NCBI GenBank assembly: GCA_951406725.2
Contig: OX597814.1
Location: 153,698,001-153,762,000 of the forward strand
Source of the DNA: Octopus vulgaris
Taxonomy: Eukaryota
Length of the DNA: 64,000 nt
Reading direction: 5' to 3'
In this document: in pieces, positions 52,378 to 64,000 of the stretch
Layout of the letters: each line of letters opens with the position of its first letter
Numbering within the stretch: the first letter of the stretch is position 1
Position numbers and translations under genes: made by a program
The notes under the pieces: generated by a model
The model's input: only the letters and a program-made list of their open reading frames with translations
Databases searched by the model: none
What the model was told of the DNA's origin: nothing

Positions 52378-52506
52378 CAAGCAAAAGCGCTCACCCCGTC
52401 CAATGGATGGTGCTGAGTTGTCAAACATTTAAACCAAATTTTCTCAAAACTTTTCATTAAAAAATAATTAAGCATGCCTTTATTTCAATAAAATTTTTGG
52501 TTTTGT
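52378..52506 (-). mobile_element. Isolated 3' end of the Helitron-like element
   Basis: Near-identical to 50485-50612, including the hairpin and the flanking atatatgta. Confidence 0.8.
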
Positions 52507-52525
52507 GTGTGTGTGTATGTATATA

Positions 52526-53806
52526 CGAGGGACGTTCAATAAGTAATGCCTCTGACCCACTTGCAATTGTTTGAAATTTTGCATGTGCAATCATTTATAT
52601 CTCTATAGAGTAAGTGGCAAATTACAGCTCTGAATTAATTGTGGTTTCTGATTTACAGGTGTTTGAACTGAGTCAAGTGTGAAATGGAGCCTGTTGAGTG
52701 TCGAGCAGTTATCCGGTTTTTGTATTGGAAAGGACGCACGCCACGGGAGACTTTTGATGAACTGAAAGTAACTTATGTTGATGATGCCCCATCATATGAC
52801 CTTGTAAAATGCTGGCATCGTGAATTCAAACATGGTTGGAACTCTGTGGAAACAGCTCCCAGATCTGGTCGCCCCCTTCTGCCATTGATGAGGCATCTGT
52901 CCGTCAAGTTGAGGCTGCCATTTTGGAAGATTGACACATAATTATTCACCAAAAAGCCCATGAGGTCAAGATTAGTACCGGGTCTGTGGAAACTATCATT
53001 CATGCCCATTTGCATATGCAAAAGGTGTCTGCCAGATGGATTCCCAGGTTGCTCACGCCTTTCCAGAAGCAAGAACGTGTCAAGTGCTCGAGGGTGAATT
53101 TGGAGATGTGCCAAGAAGATGAGTCAAAATTTTTCAAAAGACTGATTACACAGGATGAAACCTGGGTCCATCACGATGATCCAGAGACCAAAGCCCAGTC
53201 AATGCAGTGAAAGCACCGTGACTCACCCCCTCCAAAGAAGGCAAGGGTGCAGCCCTCCGCTGGCAAGGTCATGCTCACAGTCTTCTGGGACCAGGACGGA
53301 ATAGTGATGACAGATTTCCTGGCAAAGGGTACCACAATTGCAGGAGCCTATTATGCTTCACTTTTGAGGAAATTAAGAGAAGTTATCAAAATCAAGAGGC
53401 GAGGCAAGATCAGCAAAGGCATCCTTCTCCTGCAGGACAACGCTCCAGTCCACAACTCGCTTGTCACCAGATCAGAAGCACAGGCGTATGGCTATGAACT
53501 CCTCCTCATCCCCCTACTTTCCTGACCTTGCACCCTCTGATTTTCACCTCTTCCCAATCATGAAGTTGTTTTTGAAAGGAAAGTGTTTCCCAGATGATGC
53601 AGCCTTGATTTCTGAAGTCACGTTGAGGTTGGAGGACCAAGCTGGGTTCTTCTACAAAAACGGTCTCCAGAGCCGCATCAAACGATGGGAGAAATGCGTA
53701 ACTCTGGATGGTTCCTATGTAGAAAAAGACTAATAACTGTGCCAAGTTTCATTGCTCTACTGCTATGGGAAGTGGGTCAGGGGCATTACTTATTGAACGC
53801 CCCTCG
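52526..53806 (+). mobile_element. Mariner transposon of a second family (irritans-like), transposase pseudogene with few lesions
   Basis: ~36 bp TIRs cgagggacgttcaataagtaatgcctctgacccactt / aagtgggtcaggggcattacttattgaacgcccctcg, with TA TSD. ORF pieces 52684-53733 carry WIPRLL, ITQDETWVHH, LLQDNAPVH and PYFPDLAPSDFHLF. Confidence 0.95.
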
Positions 53807-54944
53807 TATATATATATATATATATATATTATGTATGTGTGCATGTCTTTGTGATTGTGTTTGTTCCCAACCACTGCTTGACAACCAGTGTTGGTGTGTA
53901 TATTATCCTGTAACTTAGCACTTTAGCAAAAGAGACTGAAAGAATAAGTACCAGGCCTCAACTAAAATGCTTCAAGGCAATTCCTCAGCACGCTGCAGTC
54001 TAATGAATGAAACAGGGAAAAGATGATACAGACACACACATTTGTGTAAAGATTATTATGGAATTCATCTGGATCCCCCAACCCCATCCCTGCCAAATTT
54101 GGTAAAGATTTGCAGGGAAATGGCAATGTTGTCGAAAACAAATAGACAAAAGTTTCAAGTTTATAAAACACACCTGATCACACACACGCGCGCACACACA
54201 TACACACACACATACACATACATGCATACACACACATACACATATATACACACACATACACATATATCCACACACACAAGACTATTTGATGTTATTTGAT
54301 CTAAGTCCTACTGTTAGCTAGATAAGTTTTCATCAATCGTCTCATAAAGCCAACATTCGGAGTTATTATTCAGTTAATTGTTAAGAAAAGAAGACAAGAA
54401 ATTATAACTACTTCAAAGATTCTATATCATATTTCAAATGAAAACTACATTTAGAAATGTCGTTATTGCCATTTCTAGAAGATATATCTTGAAATTGCAT
54501 TATCTGACATCTTGAAATGGTTTCCTTCATCTCAAAGGTTTTTATTTCAGACAAAAAAATATTCTAAGTAGGAACATTTTTCTTATAATTGTTTTACAAA
54601 AGACTAAATTGTGCCGATAAATCATTCAATTTTTCTGATATGGCATGAGAGATGTTGGAAGATCCTTATGCCTTCAATGAAATCTTGTTAGTAATATTTT
54701 TTCTTTCATAAGAGAGAAAAAAAACTTTATCAGATGAGGGAATGCAACACTCAGATCTTTCAGCTGCATAGATAATTTCTTTTATCAGTGCTACATTCAT
54801 CAAGTTGGCATAGTTTTTATTGTAGATTTTTTTTATACATTTAACACTTCACTGTTCCATAATATCAAATTTAGGTAGCTTAAGTAAATATTTTTTATAT
54901 TTGACTACCAATTAAAATATGAGGCAAACATATATGTATATATG

Positions 54945-55217
54945 TATGATTTTTCTTTGAGTTCAATTTAGGTTCATTTCGAGAGAGTTCAAGCCAGTTG
55001 CTAACAAAGCGACAAGGCTTACTGGGTTAAGAGGGTTCTTGGTGTTTGTAAATATGTGGTTGAGTTATATGTTGGTCAAACTGTTGATGCAACACACCCA
55101 AGTGTATACATCTATTCTCATAAGAATCTCAAATAGAGAATTTTTGGAATATCTTATAAATCTTCACTGGGCCACTAATAGATTGAATTTGGAGAATCCA
55201 TGTCAGTTTCTTTTGCT

Positions 55218-55220
<3 letters not shown>
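54945..55220 (-). mobile_element. Short 3' fragment of a related R4/Dong-like LINE
   Basis: Minus strand KQKKLTWILQIQSISGPVKIYKIFQKFSI* matches the C-terminus at 18230-18300, followed by UTR. Confidence 0.65.
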
Positions 55221-55261
<41 letters not shown>

Positions 55262-57466
55262 GGATGGCTGTTGACTCCAATGACTTCATCTGCCCTTTAC
55301 TCTTTTACTTGTTTCAGTCATTTGACTGCGGTCATGCTGGAGCACCACCTTTAGTTGAATAAAATCGACCCCAAGACATATTCTTTGTAAGCCTAGTACT
55401 TATTCTATCTGTCTCTTTTTGCCAAACCGCTAAGTGATGGGGATGTACACACACCAGCATTGGTTGTCAAGCGATGGTGGGAGGACAAACACCGACACAA
55501 ACAACAAACACATACATATAGATATATATACAATGGGCTTCTTTCAGTTTCTGTCTACCAAATCCACTCACAAGGCTTTGGTTGGCCCGAGGCTATAGCA
55601 GAAGACACTTGCCCAAAGTGCCATGCAGTAGGACTGAACCCGGAACCATAAGGTTGGTAAGCAAGCTTCTTACCACACAGCCACTCCTTTGATAGATGTT
55701 GTTATTTTGACCTACAGAGTGCCTGATGAAAACTATCCTCTTCTCCAGGAGAAGGAAACCTCTAACATAACACCTGTAACTTTGAATTCAATGATGTAGA
55801 TGAGTTTGTCTTCCTGTGCAAGTGCATACATTGTTAAAAGGGTGAGATTAACTATGCACAAAGCCTTTCCTCACTATAAAAATCTTCAGGTACAAGCATC
55901 ACTTGGTTTTTAACACCTCTATTATGCATTTCATACTATGGCTGGTTGTAATCAAGAAAAGCAAAACACACAATGAGAAATTCCATGGTGGAGTGAAAGC
56001 ATGCTTTAGTGCAGATGGTAACTCTCTGAGCAACTGCTTCTAGAGGCACCCATCATTGCCATATCTGTAAAAAGGAGTGAAAGCCTCAAGTATGATAGAA
56101 AAGCTACATCTGTGCTGCTTTAAGAAAACAGTCAAGCACTGGTATTACTCAAAACTCAATGGCAGTCATTATGCATATATACATATATGTGTATGCATGC
56201 AGAGTGTGTGTGTGTGTGTGTGTGTGTGCATGTGTGTGTGTGTGTGTGCGTACATGCATGCATGAGTGCATGTGAAAGCTGAAAAACTGTCAAGCAAAAA
56301 GGCAAAAAGTTCTTAGTCTAAACTACCTTCCAGAGCTTCTTTTTAGATAAGAAATAAGTTGAATACAGGAAAGTATCAGAAAATAGAAGAAAACAGTAAA
56401 ATAGAATTCAAGAAACAGTTTAAAAATCACATAAATTTAAAATAATTTATAATCTAATAATCCTTTCTACTATAAGCACAAGGCCTGAAATTGTGGGGAA
56501 GGGGATAGTCAATCACATCAATCCCAGTCCTTGACTGGTACTTAATTTATTGATCTCAAAGGGATGAAGAGCAAAGTTGAGATCAGCAAAATTTGAAATT
56601 AGAACTATAGACAGATGAAATGTCACAAAGCATTTTGCCGATATGCTAACGATTCTGCCAGCTGACCACCTTTATTTAAAATTTTAAAATAATAATAAAA
56701 AAAAGAAGATAAATCCATCTTGAATTTAGAAGGATGACTAAGCTGATGTTTTGCTTAAAGTAGTGATCATATATTGAGAAGTCAAAAATAAGAGAGCACT
56801 GTTATATACTGGGATGTTGAGGTAAATTATTATTAATTCAAAATAATATATTAAATGACTACTGTCAGTTTCCAAATCATAGACATATGGAATTTTTCAG
56901 TTGGAGTATGGATTTTGATTAAATAGATCTGCCCGTGCCATGGACTGGTTTACAGAGAACCATTTTGCAATCATTTTGGAAACTTACAACCTGGTGTCTT
57001 TATCTTTTATCATTGATTATTTACTTGTTTCAGTCATTAGACTGTGCCCATGCTGGGGCACTGCCTTGAAGGATTTTAGTTGAATAAATCGACCCCAGGA
57101 CATTTTCTTTTTTAAGCCTAGTTCTTATTCTATCAATATATTTTGTCAAACTGCTAAGTTACATGGACATAAGCATACCAACACTGGTTGTCAAGCTGTG
57201 AGGGGGGACAAACACAGACACAAAGACACACACATACATATATTATATAGGTTGATGGCAGTGCCAGTGGACTGACTCCTGCGCAGGTGGCACGTAAAAG
57301 GACCCACTACACTCTCAGAGTGGTTGGCGTTAGGAAGGGCATCCAGCTGTAGAAACTCTGCCAGATCAGATTGGAGCCTGGTGCAGCCATCTGGTTCATC
57401 CTCCAAACCATGCTAGCATGGAAAGCAGACGTTAAACGATGATGATGATGATGATGATGATAATGA

Positions 57467-58756
57467 TTGGGTCATCCCATAAATAATGCAGTTTTTTTCA
57501 ATTGCATGAACTAAAAGTCAGAGGGGGATGGGATAAACTACCTGCATCAACTTACTACAAAAGCAGGAAGTAACTTTACCTTGTATTTATTCTTTGTGCA
57601 AGTTTTGAAGAGTGCAGTTCGATTTTAACAGGTATTTTTTCAAAGCTATAATGGAAGTGACTAGGGAGTATATTCGGCATATTTTGCTTTATGAGTTCAA
57701 TGAAGGCAACAATGCAATAGAAAATGCAAGGAATATAAATGCAGTATATGAGGATCAGAAAATAAATGTAAGCCATTGCAAATGGGGGATTCCAGAAATT
57801 CCCAACTAAAAACTTCAGCTTTGAAGATGAGCCTCATTCTGAAAGATCTGCCGAACTCAATGAGGACGTCCTGCAAAGACTAGTAGAACAAAATCCCATT
57901 GTAACTGTTGAGAAACTAGGAGAGAAGCTTGAATGTGGTCATTCAACCATTCATCAACACCTGTGTGCCATCAGAAAAGTCAGCAGACTGGGTCAGTGGG
58001 TTCCTCACACAGTTTCTGAGTCTAATCGAATGCAGAGAGTAAATATGTACTTTCTTTGCTGTCACATCTCACGAATGAGCCTTTTTTGGACCGAATAGTG
58101 ACTGGTGATGAGAAATGGGTTCTCTATAAAAATGACAAGTGCTGAAGATAATGGGTAGGGAAAGGAGAAAAACCAGCAACCCAGGCTAAAGAAAGTCTTC
58201 ACCTATGTAAGGTGCTGTTATCTGTTTGGTGAGATATGAAAGGCTTAGTCCACTTTGAACTTTTAAACCCAAACCAAATGATAACAAAGGAGATCTACCG
58301 TGAGCAGCTTGAGTGGCTTAAGTCAGCATTAGAAGAAAAACAATCATCTTTGGTTTTAAGATGAAAGGTGTTCTTCCATCAGGATAATGTACGGTCACAT
58401 ACAGTGAGGATAACATTCTAAAGGCCAGAGCAGTTCTAATGGGAAACAATGCCCCACCCACCATATTCATCAGACATTGCCCCATCTGATTATCATTTAT
58501 TCTGCAGTCTTCAAAATCATTTGGATGGAAAAAATATGAATTCTGTAGATGAGGTCAGAACAGTACTGGAGGAGTATTTTTTGTCATGGATAAGTGAATT
58601 CTTGAAGAGGGGTCTTGTAGGTCTACTAAATAGATGGAAGAGCATTGTAGAAAATGAAGGAGAGTATATTTTAGGTTAAAAAAGAACTTTGTTTATCTTA
58701 ATTTTGAAAAATAAAAGAAGTATAAAAAAACCACATTTATTTATGGGATGACCCAA
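57467..58756 (+). mobile_element. Full-length degenerate mariner (DD34D), copy 2 of the family at 3119-4392
   Basis: TIRs ttgggtcatcccataaataa / ttatttatgggatgacccaa. Colinear with copy 1; ATG 57651, IVTGDEKWV, HPPYSSDIAPSDYHLF, stop 58679. Confidence 0.93.
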
Positions 58757-59399
58757 TATATATATTACACACACACACACATACAGCAGGCTTCTTTCAT
58801 TTTCCTTCTATCAAATTCACTCTCAACATTTTTGGGCCAGCCTGAAAATATAGCAAAAGACACTTGCCCAAAGTGCCACACAGTGAGACTGAATCCTGAA
58901 TCATGTGGTTGGGAAGCAAGCTTCTTACCACACAGCCATGCCTGCACATTATTTTATTATTTTGATTCCATAAGAAATTTTCAAAAGAATGAAACAGTAA
59001 AGTAGTTTTTCCAGTATTATGTTCAAGCTTACCATATTATGATATTCATTATATTACTTGAATACCTACTACCTGCCATAAAGGTTAAAATCTCCTAGTG
59101 GATATTAGAAAAAGTATCTCATATTTTTGAACAATATTTTAAAAGCCTTTATCAAAAATATTTCCTCTTCAGTTTTATAATACAAAATTAATTTTGTTAT
59201 ATTTAGATGTGAGGAGTAATTTAGCTCACAGGCCACAGGCAAATTTTATATCCTAAAAAAAAAGATAACAAATTGTTTCCTGAACTACCTCCTATATGTG
59301 TGTGTGGGGGGGGATGGTAGTGTGCACAAAAAGACAACACAGAAGAACAAATTTTAAAAAATGTATGTGTGTACCATCATCATCATCATTTAACTTCCT

Positions 59400-59728
59400 G
59401 TATATATATATATATATAAATAATATAAAATCCGTTCTGTCTGTGTGTGTGTCTTCTAGGATCTCGGGCATTCTCCATCCGATTGCGCTCAAATTTGAAA
59501 TGTAGATACCGACGGTATCAGGGTGTGTATAAGTCTTGAAAAAATTACAAAAATCGATTCCAGGTGAGAATGCGATTGATAAAGCCGTGGGAACGTGCAT
59601 TTGTATGCACAAGTACATCAGCTGTTGCGATCGATACTACGTGTACATGAGAGAAATGCACATGCAGTTTGCGCAAAAAATGCCGGCTGGCTTGAAATAT
59701 TGCCACAAAATGCAGTATATTTAAGAGA
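59400..59728 (+). mobile_element. 5' half of the same Helitron-like family
   Basis: tataaaatccgttctgtctgtgtgtgtgtcttctaggatctcgggc... is the reverse-complement homolog of 50720-51025. Confidence 0.8.
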
Positions 59729-60380
59729 CCAAAAAACGGTCATGTGGGAGCCACACGAGGAAGGGAGGAGGAGTGAGGGAGAGAGAGTGACAGAGTAATA
59801 GGATAGAATAGTGGGAGAAAGGAGGTAAAAGAATAAGAGTGAGAAAGAGAGAAAGACGAAAGAGTAAAAAGATCACATCAATGCACATCAGAATTATTAA
59901 GATAAAACTTATTTGGAAGAAGATGCATGGCATTCAATCATATAATAATATAAATAATATATATATATATGCATATATACATATATGTACATACTTACAT
60001 CTATACGTCTATATATATATTATTTATTTATGATTCACCTCTCTAAGAACCTGCTCCTCATGTGTTCTGAAGTACTTTATGGAACATATATTTAATACGA
60101 TGTGCATTTCTGAATTTGCCCACGGGCTGATAATATACTCAGTTGGGATTAATTAATTGTATACATAACCTGAATATCTTTCTGCCTATACTTTGGTACC
60201 AACGTTTATATTCGTCTATAGTTGCTGTGTATGCATTTTTTATTTTGACCCAACCTGGTGCCATACCATTTCATGTGGAGGCTTGCTGGCCACTTTTTCC
60301 CATCTTCTAAAAGGTATTTACCCAATTCTTTAAGCTATCTTTATGGTCTTCCTGCATTTGCGAATTCTTCTATTTTTTGT

Positions 60381-60420
<40 letters not shown>

Positions 60421-60460
60421 CAATATATTATCAATAATAATAATAATGAAATCTTGAAAT

Positions 60461-60544
60461 CCTTGTGCTGAAGAGGAAAATGATTGGATGAAGTATGATT
60501 TTTACATTCTTCATACCGATCTAATTCTGAAACGCGTCCACAGG
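60461..60544 (+). ncRNA. Type-I hammerhead ribozyme with intact catalytic core
   Basis: Stem I cttgtg/cacagg; CTGAAGA 60468-60474; long stem II 60475-60528; GAAA 60529-60532; palindromic ACGCGT stem III; GTC cleavage triplet ending 60538. Confidence 0.8.
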
Positions 60545-60752
60545 TAATCAACTACTGAGTGAATTTCATTGCTTTTCCTCTCTGTTTATGTGGGTTGTTT
60601 TGAGTATTTGTTTGTCCGGGAGTTTCTTCTTATAGTAGAAGAAATAGCTAAGGTTCTTTGGCTGCTATTTCTAAAGTTTGGTATGTAGTTAAGCAAATTT
60701 TTGCTGAACCCTAATTATAATTATACTCATAATTATAAAATATTATATTGCA

Positions 60753-60799
<47 letters not shown>

Positions 60800-61092
60800 A
60801 ATGTCCTTTGTTATCAATATTATTGGATTTAAAGAATTGTGAGTACATTGGACAAAATGCCGAGTAGTACTTGCTAAACAGTCTTTTGCATTTTGAATTC
60901 AAATCCTGCTGGAGTCAACTTTGCCCTTAATCCTTCTGGAGTCACTACAATAATATACTGTTCAAATACTGAGGTTGATTTAACACTTTAGCATTTAAAC
61001 TGGCCCAAATACTCTACCTGGTTTGTGCTCAGACTGACCAGATTTGGCTTTTCACATTTGTTCAACAATGCCATACTAAATATATACAATCA

Positions 61093-63455
61093 CGTAAGCT
61101 TGCAAGAAATGAAGCCAATATGCTCCGATGGATGTGTAATGTCAGTGTTCATAATCGTCAGAGTGTAAGTACTTTGAGAGAAAAGTTGAAACATAAAAAC
61201 ACCATCCGAAGACCCGGCAAGACTAGTCAGGTCATAACCCGTGGGCCCTACCTGGGACGTAGTCAGTCCACCTGTACATACCTTCCTTCTTGTGACACTT
61301 GTGAAGACCTGTTGAGGCAAGTGAAAATCAAATCAAAACAAATCAAAATAGATGAACATCAATGGAATTTGTATCTTTGTGGTACCAGTGCCGGTGGCAC
61401 ACAAGAATCCATCCGAACGTGGCCGTAGTCAGTACCGCTTGTGGTACCAGTGCCGGTGGCACACAAGAATCCATCCGAACGTGGCCGTAGTCAGTACCGC
61501 ATCACTGGCCATCGTGCTGTGGGCACATAACAAACACCATCCGGTCGTGGCCGTTCGCCAGCCTCATCTAGCACCTGTGTCGGTGGCACATAAAAAGTAG
61601 TCAGTACCGCTTGTGGTACCAGTGCCGGTGGCAAAAGTAGTCAGTACCGCTTGTGGTACCAGTGCCGGTGGCACACAAGAATCCATCCGAACATGGCCGT
61701 AGTCAGTACCGCATCACTGGCCATCATGCTGTGGACACATAACAAACACCATCCGGTCGTGGCCGTTCGCCAGCCTCATCTAGCACCTGTGTCGGTGGCA
61801 CATAAAAACACCATCCGAAGACCCGGCAAGGCTAGTCAGGCCATAAACCATGGCCCCTACCTGGGACATAGTCAGTCCACCTGTGCATACCTTCCTCCTT
61901 GTGATACTTGTGAAGGCCTGTTGAGGCAAGTGAAGATCAAAATCAAAATCAAATCAAAACAAATCAAAATAGATGAACATCAATGGAATTTGTATCTTTG
62001 TGGTACCAGTGCCGGTGGCACACAAGAGAAAACCATCCGAAAGTGGCCGTAGCCAGTACCGCATCGACTGGCCTCCGTGCTGTGGGCACATGACAAACAC
62101 CATCCGATCATGGCCGTTCGCCAGCCTCATCTAGCACCTGTGTCGGTGGCACATAAAAACACCATCCGAAGACCCGGCAAGACTAGTCAGGCCATAACCC
62201 ATGGCCCCTACCTGGGACGTAGTCAGTCCACCTATGCATTCCTTCCTTCTTGTGACACTTGTGAAGACCTGTTGAGGCAAGTGAAAATCAAAATCAAAAC
62301 AAATCAAAATAGATGAACATCAATGGAATCTGTATCTTTGTGGTACCAGTGCCGGTGGCACACACTTTGTGGTACCAGTGCCGGTGGCACACAAGAGAAC
62401 CATCCGAACGTGGCCGTAGCCAGTTCCGCATCGACCGGCCTCCGTGCTGTGGGCACGTAACAAACACCATCCGATCATGGCCGTTCGCCAGCCTCATCTG
62501 GCACCTGTGTCGGTGGCACATAAAAACACCTTCCGAAGACCCGGCAAGACTAGTCAGTCCACCTGTGCATACCTTCCTTCCTTCCTTCTTGTGACACTTG
62601 TGAAGACCGGTTGAGGCAAGTGAAAATCAATCAAATCAAATCAAAATAGACAAAATAGATGAACATCAATGGAATTTGTATCTTGTGGTACCAGTGCCTG
62701 TGGCACACAAGAAATCCATCAGTGCTGTAGTCAGTGCGGTGGGCACATGACAAACACCATCCGATCGTGGCCGTTCGCCAGCCTCATCTAGCACCTGTGT
62801 CGGTGGCACATAAAAACACCATCCGAAGACCCAGCAAGACTAGTCAGGCCATAACCCATGGCCCCTACCTGGGACGTAGTCAGTCCACCTGTGCATACCT
62901 TCCTTCTTGTGACACTTGTGAAGACCTGTTGAGGCAAGTGAAAATCAAAACAAATCAAAATAGATGAACATCAATGGAATTTGTATCTTTGTGGTACCAG
63001 TGCCGGTGGCACGTGGCACACAAGAAAACCATCCGAACGTGGCCGTAGCCAGTACCGCATCGACTCGCCTCCGTGCTGTGGGCACATAACAAGCACCATC
63101 CGATCGTGGCCGTTTGCCAGCCTCATCTGGCACCTGTGTCGGTGGCACATAAAAACACCATCCGAGCGTGGCCGTCTGCCAGCCTCGTCTGGCACCTGTG
63201 TCGGTGGCACATAAAAAAACACCATCCGAGCGTGGCCGTTTGCCAGCCTCGTCTGGCACCTGTGTCGGTGGCACATAAAATCACCCACTACACTCTCGGA
63301 GTGGTTGGCGTTAGGAAGGGCATCCAGCTGTAGAAACACTGCCAGATCTGACTGGACTGGTGCAGCTTTCGGGCTCCCCAGACCCCAGTTGAACCGTCCA
63401 ACCCATGCTAGCATGGAAAGCGGACGTTAAATGATGATGATGATGATGATGATGA
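61093..63455 (+). mobile_element. RTE-clade LINE 3' end with tandemly amplified 3' UTR and (GAT)n tail
   Basis: Starts with RKLARNEANMLRWMCNVSVHNRQSVSTLREKL (homologous to ~6090-6190). Ends catgctagcatggaaagcggacgttaaa(tga)n. Sits inside a TTAA MITE. Confidence 0.85.
61190..63290 (+). repeat. Higher-order tandem array: five ~200 bp A units interleaved with 50-60 bp B subunits
   Basis: A units (gaagacccggcaag...atcaatggaatttgtatc) follow junctions at ~61192, 61801, 62152, 62518 and 62808. B subunits carry the gtgccggtggcac / tgtgtcggtggcaca hairpin. Confidence 0.9.
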
Positions 63456-63920
63456 CATCATCAAAGTTTCAAAGCTAAGAGATAATGCATGTTAATTCAA
63501 ACCAATGTAAATAAGCTTTACATTTGACAGAGTAATCTGAATGCTAAAGAGTTAATCAACTATGCCCACCTCCTAAATTCGTTGCCTTGTGACATTATTA
63601 AAAGTTTGTATTTTATGTAATAAGCCAACTTTTTAAACTGAATATTTAACTAGTTGACTAGTGTTAAATATCTAATTATAAATTGAAATTAAGTCTTATT
63701 CTTCTGCAGTGAATTTTTTGATTGACATAAATTTCAGTTTTTATTACATTACAGTTAATGTCACCTTGTTGAAAAATGTATATAAACTAATACAAAAAGC
63801 ATTGAGAATTCATTTGATTAATTCTTTAGTCATAAGATGAGCAGTTAACCTCCATTTGTTTCAGAACAGCTAAAGCACTTTATTCTCTCTCTCTCTCTCT
63901 CTCTCTCTCTTATGGTTTAG

Positions 63921-63983
63921 GTCAAGAAGGAAAAGCAGTGCTCATGATATTTTACATCTGAGATTAATTGAAAAAAGGGGGAG
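63921..63983 (+). other. Candidate 63 nt internal exon (phase 2, SRRKSSAHDILHLRLIEKRG)
   Basis: (CT)n polypyrimidine tract plus tttag acceptor, GAG|GTGAGG donor, length divisible by 3, one open frame. Confidence 0.35.
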
Positions 63984-64000
63984 GTGAGGAAAATCATGGC

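Larger units (their letters stand above)
60983..63550 (+). mobile_element. TTAA MITE split by the RTE insertion (halves 60983-61092 and 63456-63550)
   Basis: The left half matches 21651-21770 and the right half matches 21770-21870. TTAA on both sides. Confidence 0.8.

Noticed and set aside
55725-55765. Hammerhead-like CTGATGA...GAAA
   Set aside because: The hairpin does not start directly after the core, and stems I/III cannot be formed.
61190-63290. CRISPR-like array of short palindromic repeats
   Set aside because: The intervening sequences are themselves repeated (no unique spacers), the context is a eukaryotic LINE 3' UTR, and there are no cas genes.
61120-63414. Repetitive ORFs in the tandem array as a repeat protein
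   Set aside because: Frames break at variable aaatc runs; only the first ~25 codons are LINE RT-derived.

Overview
AT-rich, microsatellite-dense eukaryotic non-coding DNA. The SINE/LINE repertoire resembles what I know of Octopus (coleoid cephalopod) genomes; this is an inference. No intact host protein-coding gene is recognisable, and most listed ORFs are microsatellite or SINE translation artefacts. The window holds three full-length degenerate mariner copies, one IR/DR-type Tc1 element, decayed non-LTR retrotransposons (RTE x3, CR1, Hero/R2-like, R4/Dong-like x2), a Penelope-like RT fragment, non-autonomous Helitron/Helentron-type elements, piggyBac-, hAT- and mariner-type MITEs, and dozens of tRNA-derived SINEs, often nested. 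The signals least explained by ordinary annotation are: (1) three loci with unrelated type-I hammerhead-ribozyme-like folds (intact core at 60461-60544; degenerate next to an inverted Penelope-like RT at 25661-25764; a U3-A8 minimal variant in both arms of a foldback at 4499-4862); (2) a higher-order tandem amplification of a LINE 3' UTR (61190-63290); (3) an unassigned structured ~200 bp repeat; (4) perfect palindromes; (5) serial same-site SINE insertions; (6) a few orphan candidate exons. All calls were made by eye, and element boundaries without TIR/TSD evidence are approximate.
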